Assembly (NCBI GenBank): GCA_039934415.1
Contig: JBDTME010000001.1
Location: forward strand, 137,417 to 201,416
Reading direction: 5' to 3'
Origin: Patescibacteria group bacterium
GTDB lineage: Bacteria > Patescibacteriota > Microgenomatia > UBA1400 > PJMF01
DNA length: 64,000 nt
This document shows, piece by piece, positions 1 to 8,494 of the stretch. The notes below the pieces were generated by a model, which did not search any database, was not told the origin of the DNA, and saw only the letters and a program-made list of their open reading frames with translations. How positions within the stretch are numbered: position 1 is the first letter of the stretch; every line of letters begins with the position of its first letter. The position numbers and the translations under genes were made by a program.

Positions 1-226
1 GAGTAAGGACTACCCATAACTTGAGACGCTCGAGTTGAAACACGACGGAAGTATTTTTTCATAAGGCTTTCTGAATTGTATTCATTCTAAGTGGGTTTCA
101 AAAAAATGTGAATACCCTTTCACAATGACTATAAGAGACAAAATTGTAACCATCTCCCTCTTGTAGTGCATTTGTATAAGTGTCTATACTAAAAGTGAGG
201 TAATTATTTATTGCCTTTGTTTTCGT

Positions 227-1450
227 ATGGGAAATAATCAAATACTCATGCTAGGCTGGGAGTATCCACCACATAACAGTGGTGGACTTGGTGTGGCTTG
301 TGAAGGGCTAACTCAGGCATTGGCTGACGGGGGGACTGAAATTTGCTTTACTCTTCCGTATGAACATCCTGTTGATATTGATCATATGCACGTTCTGAGC
401 TGTTACAGTCGATTCGTCACACTCCCATTTGGCAAAAATTCTCCACCGTTTCAGGCGTATTCGACACAAGCATCTGGCACATCAAAAATTAATTTTGATC
501 CCAAAAATGTACGCTCAATGAGCTTTTCTGAACTGGAATACAAGGTCAATGCCTATGCAAACTCAATCTTAGATGCTGTGCGACAAGAGCATATCGCATC
601 AGATGTCATACATGCTCACGATTGGATGACGTATCCAGCAGCTCAATACCTGAAGAAAAAGTTACACAAACCTTTTGTTGCTCACGTCCACTCTACTGAA
701 TTTGATCGAGTTCCAACTGGAAACGGTAATCCTTTTATTACTCATGTTGAGGCAGAAGGTTTGCATAATGCTGATCGAGTCATTGCCGTGAGTGAGCTGA
801 CAAAATCTGTATTAATGGATAAGTATGGTGTTGCAGAGGATAAAATTGATGTTGTGCACAATGGTATTGATGTAGCGCCCAAAATTCAAACATTGCAGTT
901 TGCACAAGACCGGCCTGTTATCGTGTTTATGGGACGGCTCACAATGCAAAAAGGTGCTGAGTATTTTTTACAATTAGCCAAAAAAGTTTTAACCCGAATT
1001 CCGAATGCGCTGTTTGTTGTAGCTGGTCATGGTGATCAATACAGTATGCTACTGCTAGAAAATGCAAAACAAAAGCTGTCGTCGTCCGTCATATTTGCCG
1101 GTTTCCTTCGTGATCAACAAAAAGATTTCTTACTTGATCGGGCAGATGTCTTCGTCATGCCATCAATTTCAGAACCTTTTGGTTTAGTGGCATTGGAGGC
1201 TGTTCAGCGTGAGACACCCGTGATCATCTCAAAAACTTCTGGTGTCAAAGAAGTTTTGCCCGGAGCAATTGTGTTCGATTTTTGGGATACAGATCTTATG
1301 GCAGAAAGTATCGAAAAATTACTGAGGGATCCAACATACTATGAACAAGTTGTTGATCAGCAACTTGCTAGTTTAGGTGAAGTAAGCTGGAAGAAATCTG
1401 CAGAAAAAATAAAAGAGGTCTACCAACGAATTTTGAATCGAAGAAAATAA
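227..1450 (+). CDS. Glycogen/alpha-glucan synthase-like glycosyltransferase (GT-B fold, GT5/GT4-like)
   Basis: 407-aa ORF. N-terminal 'GWEYPPHNSGGLGVA' glycine loop resembles the KTGGL donor-binding motif of glycogen/starch synthases. C-terminal 'EPFGLVALEA' is the E-x7-E motif of retaining GT-B enzymes. First gene of an operon with GH57, GH15, sugar kinase and PGI. Confidence 0.65.
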   Translation: MGNNQILMLGWEYPPHNSGGLGVACEGLTQALADGGTEICFTLPYEHPVDIDHMHVLSCYSRFVTLPFGKNSPPFQAYSTQASGTSKINFDPKNVRSMSFSELEYKVNAYANSILDAVRQEHIASDVIHAHDWMTYPAAQYLKKKLHKPFVAHVHSTEFDRVPTGNGNPFITHVEAEGLHNADRVIAVSELTKSVLMDKYGVAEDKIDVVHNGIDVAPKIQTLQFAQDRPVIVFMGRLTMQKGAEYFLQLAKKVLTRIPNALFVVAGHGDQYSMLLLENAKQKLSSSVIFAGFLRDQQKDFLLDRADVFVMPSISEPFGLVALEAVQRETPVIISKTSGVKEVLPGAIVFDFWDTDLMAESIEKLLRDPTYYEQVVDQQLASLGEVSWKKSAEKIKEVYQRILNRRK

Positions 1451-1454
1451 GAAC

Positions 1455-2717
1455 ATGCCAAAAGTTTCACTCTATTTCGAACTTCATCAGCCCTACCGGT
1501 TAGCTCCTTATTCTATTTTTGAGGTCGGTAGGAATCACGAGTATTTTTCAACAAAATCACACGATAGTAACCGAGAGGTGTTTACAAAAGTTGCACTGAA
1601 ATCTTATATCCCCATGTTAAGTTTGCTCCTTAATTTGACGAAACAGTACAAAGAGTTCGTATGGGCTTTTTCGTGCTCGGGCATCTTTCTTGAACAAGCA
1701 GAAACGTACGTACCTGAAGTACTAGACCTGCTTCAGGAGTTGTTGCGTACGCGGCAAGTCGAAGTATTAGCGGAAACGTATTACCACTCACTTGCCTCTT
1801 TGTATTCCTCCCAAGAATTTTTTCAACAAGTCGATTTACACTCAAAAAAAATAGTTGAATTCTTTGGAGTCAAACCAACTGTTTTTCGAAACACAGAACT
1901 TATTTACTCTGACGCAATCGCTTCACTCGTGGGAGAGATGGGTTACACAGGGATATTGACTGAGGCAGTAGACCGCTATTTGGAAGGACAAAAACGAACA
2001 CAACTTTTCTCATCTTACTCGGCGAAGCGATTGCCTTTAATGCTCAAACATTCCCAACTATCAGATGACATTGCATTTCGATTTTCAGACAAAAGCTGGG
2101 TGAGCTATCCTTTGAAAGCAGAAACCTATGTTCATTGGTTAAATGAGTATCAACAAAATGAAATTGTTAATTTATTCATGGACTTCGAAACGTTTGGCGA
2201 ACATCAATGGGGTGAGACTGGGATTTTTGATTTTTTCCAACACGTTGTTCATCAGTTTATTCAGTATGAATGGAACCAATTCGTGACACCCAGTCAAGCA
2301 ATGCAACTAACCGACGCAAGAAAATTGCCGTTATATAAAGTTGCTGAACCAATTTCTTGGGCAGATATTGACCGAGACCTCTCGGCTTGGCGAGACAACG
2401 AGTTACAGCATGATACATTGCGTTTAATCTATGAATTAGAGTCTCAAGTTAAAGCTACCAATGATAAACAGTTACTGCATGACTGGAGGAAATTACAAAC
2501 CAGCGATCACTTTTATTATATGTGTGTTAAATGGTCTGCTGATGGTGACGTTCATGCGTATTTTAGCCCTTATGAGAACCCTATGGATGCATACGTTAGG
2601 TTCACAACAGTACTTGCTGACATTCAATCTCGTATCTCACAATATCAAGCAAAACCGAGTAGAGTTAGAAGCATGAAGTCATTGAAAAAGAGAGCGCCCG
2701 AGTTTATTCAATATTAA
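1455..2717 (+). CDS. Glycoside hydrolase family 57 protein (alpha-amylase / branching-enzyme-like)
   Basis: 420-aa ORF starting 5 nt after the upstream stop. 'FELHQPYR' matches GH57 conserved region I (HQP). 'GILTEAV' is a candidate nucleophile Glu region. 'FMDFETFGEHQWGE' resembles the GH57 D-x-E-x-FGHW region. Confidence 0.6.
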   Translation: MPKVSLYFELHQPYRLAPYSIFEVGRNHEYFSTKSHDSNREVFTKVALKSYIPMLSLLLNLTKQYKEFVWAFSCSGIFLEQAETYVPEVLDLLQELLRTRQVEVLAETYYHSLASLYSSQEFFQQVDLHSKKIVEFFGVKPTVFRNTELIYSDAIASLVGEMGYTGILTEAVDRYLEGQKRTQLFSSYSAKRLPLMLKHSQLSDDIAFRFSDKSWVSYPLKAETYVHWLNEYQQNEIVNLFMDFETFGEHQWGETGIFDFFQHVVHQFIQYEWNQFVTPSQAMQLTDARKLPLYKVAEPISWADIDRDLSAWRDNELQHDTLRLIYELESQVKATNDKQLLHDWRKLQTSDHFYYMCVKWSADGDVHAYFSPYENPMDAYVRFTTVLADIQSRISQYQAKPSRVRSMKSLKKRAPEFIQY

Positions 2718-2722
2718 TTACA

Positions 2723-4741
2723 GTGATATCTATGGCACGTGCAACAGTACTTTCAAATGGAAACATGCTTGTATGTCTTGATGAAACAGGATTTGTACGA
2801 GATCTTTATTTTCCTTATGTTGGGCTCTCAAATCATGTGAGTGGCTATAAGCATCGCATTGGAATTATGGTGGACAAGACATTTTCGTGGCTGGATGATG
2901 GTCAATGGAAAATCAAAATTTCATACAAAAAAGAAACAATGGTGAGTCAGATGATTGCTCATAACGAACAATTAAAAGTTAGTCTTGTAACTGAAGACCT
3001 GGTATATAACGAAACGAATGTCTTTTTACGAAAAGTTGATATCTATAACCATCAGGAAAAACTAGTCGACATCAAACTTTTTTTCGGGCAAGAGTTCATA
3101 ATTGATGAAGGAAATAAACGTAATACTGGCTTCTACGACCCAACGCACAATGCGATTGTGCACTACAAAGGTCGTCGCGTGTTCATCGTGAATGGCATGA
3201 CTGATTCAGGAAACTCGATCGACGATTATACCGTTGGTTCATTTCAATATGAAAATCGAGAAGGGTCATATAGAGATGCTGAAGACGGTGAGTTAAGTAA
3301 AAATGCTGTTGAGCATGGTTCAGTTGATTCAGTGATTCGATTTTGCACATCTTGTGAAAGTGATCGTAAAACCAGTGTATATTACTGGATTTGTGCTGGT
3401 AAAACACTCAATGAGGCTTACACTCTCAACTCGATGGTACTCCAAAAACAACCTGAGGCAATGCTGCACTCAACCGAACAGTATTGGAATGCCTGGTTGA
3501 ACAAACGTCCCCTGCCAAAAGGCGTGCTTTCAGATTCGAAAAAGAGATTGTTTGACACCTCATTATTTGTCATGCGTGCCCACGTCGATAATCGTGGAGG
3601 AATTATCGCTTCTGCTGATTCGAACATGATCGAGTTTGGCAAAGACGATTATTCATATGTGTGGCCACGTGATGCAGCCTTTATTACGATGACATTGGAC
3701 CAAGCTGGCTATACTGAAGTGACCAAGCCATTTTTTTTATTTTGCAAAGACGTTTTACATGAAGACGGATACTTGCATCACCGATTTAGACCTGATGAGA
3801 GTTTGGGATCGACCTGGCACTCTAGTATCGCTCAAAATGACTGGTTGAAGAATAAAATTTTGCAGCTCCCCATTCAAGAAGACGAAAGTGCGGCCGTCAT
3901 ATTTGCCTTATGGAAACATTATGAGATCACAAAGGACATTGAATTTATGGAGATGTTGTTTAAGCCTCTGACTGAAAAAATCGCGAATTTTCTGATGAGT
4001 TTTCGAGACGATAAGTTAGGACTACCTCTTCATTCTTATGATTTATGGGAAGAGAAAATAGGCGTTTCTACTTATACCTGTGCTTGTGTGTATGGTGGCT
4101 TGATGGCAGCAGCTAAATTTTCAGAACTACTTGGCAAGCGTAACCACTTGCGTCTATACAGGGAAGCAGCGAACCAAATTAAACAAGCAGCTATTGACCA
4201 CTTATTCAGCCCAGAATTAAATTCGTTTGTTCGGTATGCTTACGTTCAGGATGGCAAAGTTGATCGGTTTGAAGTAATAGACGCAAGTTCTTTATTTGGC
4301 TTATGGTACTTCGACATGTTATCACCTGATGACCCTTTGTTTATTGCAACAGAAGAAGCCGTACAGAAACGATTAAAAAATCTAAGTCCACTCGGTGGTT
4401 TTATTCGTTATGAAAATGATAATTATTTTAAATCAACTCAGTATTCTAACTCATGGTTTATCATTACTATGTGGGAAGCGCAGCGTGTGTTACATCGACC
4501 AGTACTTAGTGATCAAGATATTGAGTATGTGAAATCTGTTTTAAACTGGGTAGAAAAATATCAGTCTCCATCTGGTGTTCTAGCAGAACAGATTGACCCA
4601 ATAACTGGTGCTCCCCTTTCTGCTACCCCATTAGTCTGGAGTCATTCAGTGTATGTAGAAACAGTTTTGATGTATATTAAGAAATTGAAAGAGGTTGGTT
4701 TGCTTGATGAACAGACTAATGAACTCCAATATGCTCAATGA
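2723..4741 (+). CDS. Glycoside hydrolase family 15 (glucoamylase/glucodextranase-like) with N-terminal beta-sandwich domain
   Basis: 672-aa ORF. 'YSYVWPRDAAF' matches the W-P-R-D motif at the start of the GH15 (alpha/alpha)6 catalytic domain. 'LWEE' (residue ~444) and a later 'W...E' region fit the general acid/base positions. Size matches archaeal/bacterial GH15 enzymes. Confidence 0.65.
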   Translation: MISMARATVLSNGNMLVCLDETGFVRDLYFPYVGLSNHVSGYKHRIGIMVDKTFSWLDDGQWKIKISYKKETMVSQMIAHNEQLKVSLVTEDLVYNETNVFLRKVDIYNHQEKLVDIKLFFGQEFIIDEGNKRNTGFYDPTHNAIVHYKGRRVFIVNGMTDSGNSIDDYTVGSFQYENREGSYRDAEDGELSKNAVEHGSVDSVIRFCTSCESDRKTSVYYWICAGKTLNEAYTLNSMVLQKQPEAMLHSTEQYWNAWLNKRPLPKGVLSDSKKRLFDTSLFVMRAHVDNRGGIIASADSNMIEFGKDDYSYVWPRDAAFITMTLDQAGYTEVTKPFFLFCKDVLHEDGYLHHRFRPDESLGSTWHSSIAQNDWLKNKILQLPIQEDESAAVIFALWKHYEITKDIEFMEMLFKPLTEKIANFLMSFRDDKLGLPLHSYDLWEEKIGVSTYTCACVYGGLMAAAKFSELLGKRNHLRLYREAANQIKQAAIDHLFSPELNSFVRYAYVQDGKVDRFEVIDASSLFGLWYFDMLSPDDPLFIATEEAVQKRLKNLSPLGGFIRYENDNYFKSTQYSNSWFIITMWEAQRVLHRPVLSDQDIEYVKSVLNWVEKYQSPSGVLAEQIDPITGAPLSATPLVWSHSVYVETVLMYIKKLKEVGLLDEQTNELQYAQ

Positions 4742-5666
4742 GAATAAAAACAACTTTTTTTTAGCTATTGATGGTGGAGGCACGAAAACAACCGTCTGGA
4801 TTGCCGATGAAAGTGGGAACGTTTTGGGTAGAGCGACGACTGGCCCTATGAGTCTTGCTGCAACGACTGAGGCATTGGCCATGGAACATTTTATGACAGC
4901 CATTTCTGAGGCTGTTGAACACCTGGATGTAGCAGGGTTCTCGCAAGTTGTGGTAGGTCTTGCTGGCGTTGACACAGATGAAGAAATCGCCGATGCGTAT
5001 CGTATTTTTTCAACTGCCTTGCATGAACGATTTTCTTTTCTTAATTTTAAAGTTGTGAACGACATTGTGATTGCCCTTGCAAGTGGAAGTACTTCTCCGA
5101 ATACAATATGTTTGATCTCAGGTACTGGTTCTAATTGCTATGGTAGAAATGAACAAGGTGAAACAGCAAAAACTGGTGGCATGGATTACTTGCTCTCAGA
5201 TCAGGGTAGTGGGTTTGAAATTGGACAGCAGGTCCTACGTGCGGCTGTGAAGAGTTTTGATGGGAGATCAAAAAAGACTATGATTGAGGAATTGGTCTGC
5301 CAACATTTTTTTATTGAATCGATTAGTCAATTGAAAGATAAAGTCTACCATCCACTTTTAAATAAAACTCAAATTGGACAATTGTCACAAATTTGTTTTG
5401 CTGCTAAAGAACAACACGATGCGATAGCAAATGAAATAATTGCTGCTTCGATTGAGGAACTTGTAGAAATGGTTGTGACAGTGATGAAGAGGCTTCACCT
5501 AACCAAAAAGTTGACCGATGTTGTTTTAATTGGCGGAATAGCCACCGACCCAGTTGTACACATTCAGCTTGAAGCTAGATTACTAACTCATTTTTCGCAA
5601 ATAAAACTTATTGTTCCAGCTCACCCTCCAGTGTATGGAGCGCTCCAACTGGCTTTACAGAAGTAA
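4695..5666 (+). CDS. BadF/BadG/BcrA/BcrD-type ATPase family sugar kinase (N-acetylglucosamine/glucose kinase-like)
   Basis: 'FFLAIDGGGTKTTVWIAD' is the phosphate-1 motif of ASKHA (BadF/ROK) sugar kinases; an 'ISGTGSNCYG' adenosine-loop-like motif follows. Lies between the glucoamylase and PGI, so a glucokinase role is inferred. The listed ATG overlaps the upstream gene; the true start is probably an internal Met near 4707-4731. Confidence 0.55.
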   Translation: MVCLMNRLMNSNMLNENKNNFFLAIDGGGTKTTVWIADESGNVLGRATTGPMSLAATTEALAMEHFMTAISEAVEHLDVAGFSQVVVGLAGVDTDEEIADAYRIFSTALHERFSFLNFKVVNDIVIALASGSTSPNTICLISGTGSNCYGRNEQGETAKTGGMDYLLSDQGSGFEIGQQVLRAAVKSFDGRSKKTMIEELVCQHFFIESISQLKDKVYHPLLNKTQIGQLSQICFAAKEQHDAIANEIIAASIEELVEMVVTVMKRLHLTKKLTDVVLIGGIATDPVVHIQLEARLLTHFSQIKLIVPAHPPVYGALQLALQK

Positions 5667-5709
5667 TATCAAACTTGAATCACTGACATTTCTGTGCGAT
5701 GATCGCCCT

Positions 5710-7014
5710 ATGAAACTTCTTTACTCCTCCACTTTTTTATATCAGGCTCATGGGGTAACTCATGGTATCAGCAATGAGACCGTTAATGAAAACAAGAAGA
5801 AAGTTGAAGGTGCACTCACCCGAGTCGATAAAAAGGTAGAAAATAAAGAGTACGGTTTTATCAACATTTTATCTGATAAAAAAATGTTGAAGCAAATGGA
5901 GACTGTATTTCACAGTATTCGATTCGCAAAGACTTTAGTCGTGGTAGGAATAGGGGGTTCAGATCTTGGTGGACGAGCAGTTCAACAAGCATTGGAGATG
6001 GATAGACCTGCCATGGACGTCTTTTTCCATGGGGATTCGACTGATCCTGTAGCTATTACTCGATTATTACGTCAGATTGATCTAGATGAGACAGTCTTTT
6101 GTATTATTTCCAAATCTGGGGAAACAATTGAGACAATCTCACAGTATGTTTTGTTTAAAGCGATCATGAAGCAACAGACTGACGAGTGGGCAAATCATTT
6201 TGTATTTATCACCGATGCAAAAAAAGGAATTCTTCGTGAAGAAGCAGTTGAACATGATATTTTGACCTTACCAATTCCTGATGATGTTGGGGGTCGTTTT
6301 TCAGTTCAGACGACTGTAGGACTTTTTCCTTCGCTTGCCATGAGTGTCGATGTTGAGCAGCTTTTAAAAGGGGCAGAGAGTGTAATCAAGGAGTACCGCC
6401 AAATAGCAAAAGATATTGCTATGGATCAATTTTTATTGTACTCACAAGGCATAAAAGTAAATATTTTAATGCCCTACTCAGTTCAACTTGAAGAATTTGC
6501 GCGATGGTATCGTCAACTTTGGGCAGAATCATTGGGCAAACTAGGGGATAAAGGTATTTTACCTATTCAAGCAAGAGGTCCAGCAGATCAGCACTCTCAG
6601 GTTCAGTTTTATACACAAGGTACACTTCTCCACTCATTACTCTTCTTACGTTTAGAAAAGCGTGAGGATGATTACACACTCGATGAAGTCGATATCCCAG
6701 CAGTCAGTTACTTAAAAGGACTTTCGTATCACAAGATTATCAATGTTGAGCAAGAAGCCACTGCTCTAGCTCTAAAAAAACTAGGTAGACCATCTGCAAC
6801 TTTATCCTTAGATACACTTGATGCATTCGGACTAGGCCAGCTATTTATGGTTTTTGAATTAGCTGTCGTCTATTTAGCTGAAATGTTGGAAGTTAATGCT
6901 TTCGACCAGCCAGGAGTCGAAGAAGGTAAAGTAATGATGTACGCATTACTTGGACGATCGGGCTATGAAGACAAAAAGAAAGAGATAGAACAACTCATGA
7001 AAAAAGGAGATTAA
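5710..7014 (+). CDS. pgi: Glucose-6-phosphate isomerase (bifunctional-type short PGI)
   Basis: 'GIGGSDLGG' at nt 5947-5973 is the PGI signature. Further PGI-like regions include 'SKSGETIET' and 'GGRFS'. Start placed at the internal Met (MKLLYSS...), because the listed ORF start at 5611 overlaps the upstream kinase by 56 nt. Confidence 0.75.
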   Translation: MKLLYSSTFLYQAHGVTHGISNETVNENKKKVEGALTRVDKKVENKEYGFINILSDKKMLKQMETVFHSIRFAKTLVVVGIGGSDLGGRAVQQALEMDRPAMDVFFHGDSTDPVAITRLLRQIDLDETVFCIISKSGETIETISQYVLFKAIMKQQTDEWANHFVFITDAKKGILREEAVEHDILTLPIPDDVGGRFSVQTTVGLFPSLAMSVDVEQLLKGAESVIKEYRQIAKDIAMDQFLLYSQGIKVNILMPYSVQLEEFARWYRQLWAESLGKLGDKGILPIQARGPADQHSQVQFYTQGTLLHSLLFLRLEKREDDYTLDEVDIPAVSYLKGLSYHKIINVEQEATALALKKLGRPSATLSLDTLDAFGLGQLFMVFELAVVYLAEMLEVNAFDQPGVEEGKVMMYALLGRSGYEDKKKEIEQLMKKGD

Positions 7015-8492
7015 TTTAGAGGAGTTGTACTTGGCTTTGTTAAATCAATGATGATATAGACAGGTGTTTTCTCGATTACTGTATATCTGTTTTCCAAGTC
7101 GTGCGCTTCATCATCATAATTGGTTGAAACATAAATAGTTGCACCTTTTTGAATTTTGTCTTCAATATCTACACCTATGGGCCACCCTGTTCGATTGGTT
7201 TGAAACAGAAAGTATGTATCACCATCAGCAGGTGCAATAACTTTTGCATCAGTTGGTGTAAGTCTGTCAACGACTTGACCAGCTTCAACATAGTCCCAGT
7301 GATTTACATTGAAATTCCCTTTAAGTTGTTGCCACGCGAGTAGTAACATCCCTACGTTTAAACTTACTACAATTCCTAGTGCTATTTTTTGGCTAGAGAG
7401 TAGATTGGTTAGTATTTTTAGTAACTCCCAACTACCAAGTGAAATAGAGATACAAACAATAGGAGTCATTAAATTTTGGTAGTAATCGTGCTGCACATTT
7501 CCTGTTGCGATCACGGAAAAAAAGAGAGCAATGCTCAACCACCAGAAAAGATAGACAACTTTATCTCGGCTTATTCTTACGAATGCCAGTGGCAAGAAGA
7601 GTATTCCAATATATCCTAAAAACATTTTAGTCAGTCGTTCATAACCCAACCAACGAAACCAAGCAGGTCTGAATCTGATACCATTACTATTAAATAGCCA
7701 AGTTAAGGCGGGAATACCTTCAGGGTATTGTGCAATCCACTTCCTCCAATAATACAGGGGTATGAATGCAATCAGAGCGTATGAGATCAGACCCAGAAAA
7801 AACTGTGCAGAAAGAAATTTTTGAACATCTTTTATTGTTTTAAACTGAAATAGGATTAGGCCTAAATAGACTGGCGCGAGAAAGGCAACGAATGGTTTGA
7901 GAAGTAGTGCAAGTGAAAGACCCACAGCAGACACGAGTAACCACTTTAAGTTTTTTGTGCTCAACCAATTTGAAAAACCTAACAATGAAAATGTTGAAAA
8001 AAATAACATGTATGGTTCGGGCAAAATTGTGCGTGAGTAGTAAACAGAGTATGGCAAGACCGCAAACATGATCGCTGTTACAACAGCAACTCTTTTTCCA
8101 GACAAATTTCTCACTAGGAAATATAAACTCAATAAAGTTCCCAGTGAGACAAGATTTGATAAGAAACGGCTAGTAGGCACAAGTGGTAAAACAGGGATTA
8201 CTTTTAACACAACTGCAGTAAAGGCATTAATGAATGGAAACTCCACCATCCTGTAGCCATGTTGTGCGTTGTTAAGGTTATTGGGAATTGTAGAAAGATC
8301 TTGATAAGTTGGGTGAAGTAGGTCGATACCGTGTTTTAGATATTCACGAGTTACTGAAGCAGTATCTGATTGTCGCCAGCTATGCCAATCAGCCAAAGGA
8401 TAATTAATGCGATAGAGTCTGACCACGAAAGCTACCAGGACAATAAAAGCAATCAGTTTCCACTCATGTTGGGCAATTTTTGATGTGGTCAT
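7011..8492 (-). CDS. GT-C fold membrane glycosyltransferase (PMT_2 / ArnT-like)
   Basis: 493-aa polytopic membrane protein with 10+ predicted TMs. The first extracytoplasmic loop 'DWHSWRQSD' is acidic, as in ArnT/PMT catalytic loops. Soluble C-terminal domain. One of many paralogous GT-C-like proteins in the window. Confidence 0.5.
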   Translation of the reverse strand: MTTSKIAQHEWKLIAFIVLVAFVVRLYRINYPLADWHSWRQSDTASVTREYLKHGIDLLHPTYQDLSTIPNNLNNAQHGYRMVEFPFINAFTAVVLKVIPVLPLVPTSRFLSNLVSLGTLLSLYFLVRNLSGKRVAVVTAIMFAVLPYSVYYSRTILPEPYMLFFSTFSLLGFSNWLSTKNLKWLLVSAVGLSLALLLKPFVAFLAPVYLGLILFQFKTIKDVQKFLSAQFFLGLISYALIAFIPLYYWRKWIAQYPEGIPALTWLFNSNGIRFRPAWFRWLGYERLTKMFLGYIGILFLPLAFVRISRDKVVYLFWWLSIALFFSVIATGNVQHDYYQNLMTPIVCISISLGSWELLKILTNLLSSQKIALGIVVSLNVGMLLLAWQQLKGNFNVNHWDYVEAGQVVDRLTPTDAKVIAPADGDTYFLFQTNRTGWPIGVDIEDKIQKGATIYVSTNYDDEAHDLENRYTVIEKTPVYIIIDLTKPSTTPLN

Positions 8493-8494
8493 GA

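Noticed and set aside
1-226. The 5' leader region 'gagtaaggactacccataacttgagacgctcgagttgaaacacgacggaag' looked vaguely like the 3' end of a structured RNA (RNase P, tmRNA or SRP).
   Set aside because: It has no tRNA-like acceptor/T-arm (GGTTCGA...CCA) and no recognisable conserved RNase P, tmRNA or 4.5S motifs. It more likely holds only the promoter and 5' UTR of the glucan operon, with a TATACT hexamer at 186-191.
4748-4762. Homopolymeric T8/T9 tracts, such as 4755-4762 and 38281-38300, as possible phase-variation sites.
   Set aside because: The genome is AT-rich and such runs are expected by composition. Those seen encode Phe/Asn/Lys-rich stretches in-frame. I cannot show length polymorphism from a single sequence.
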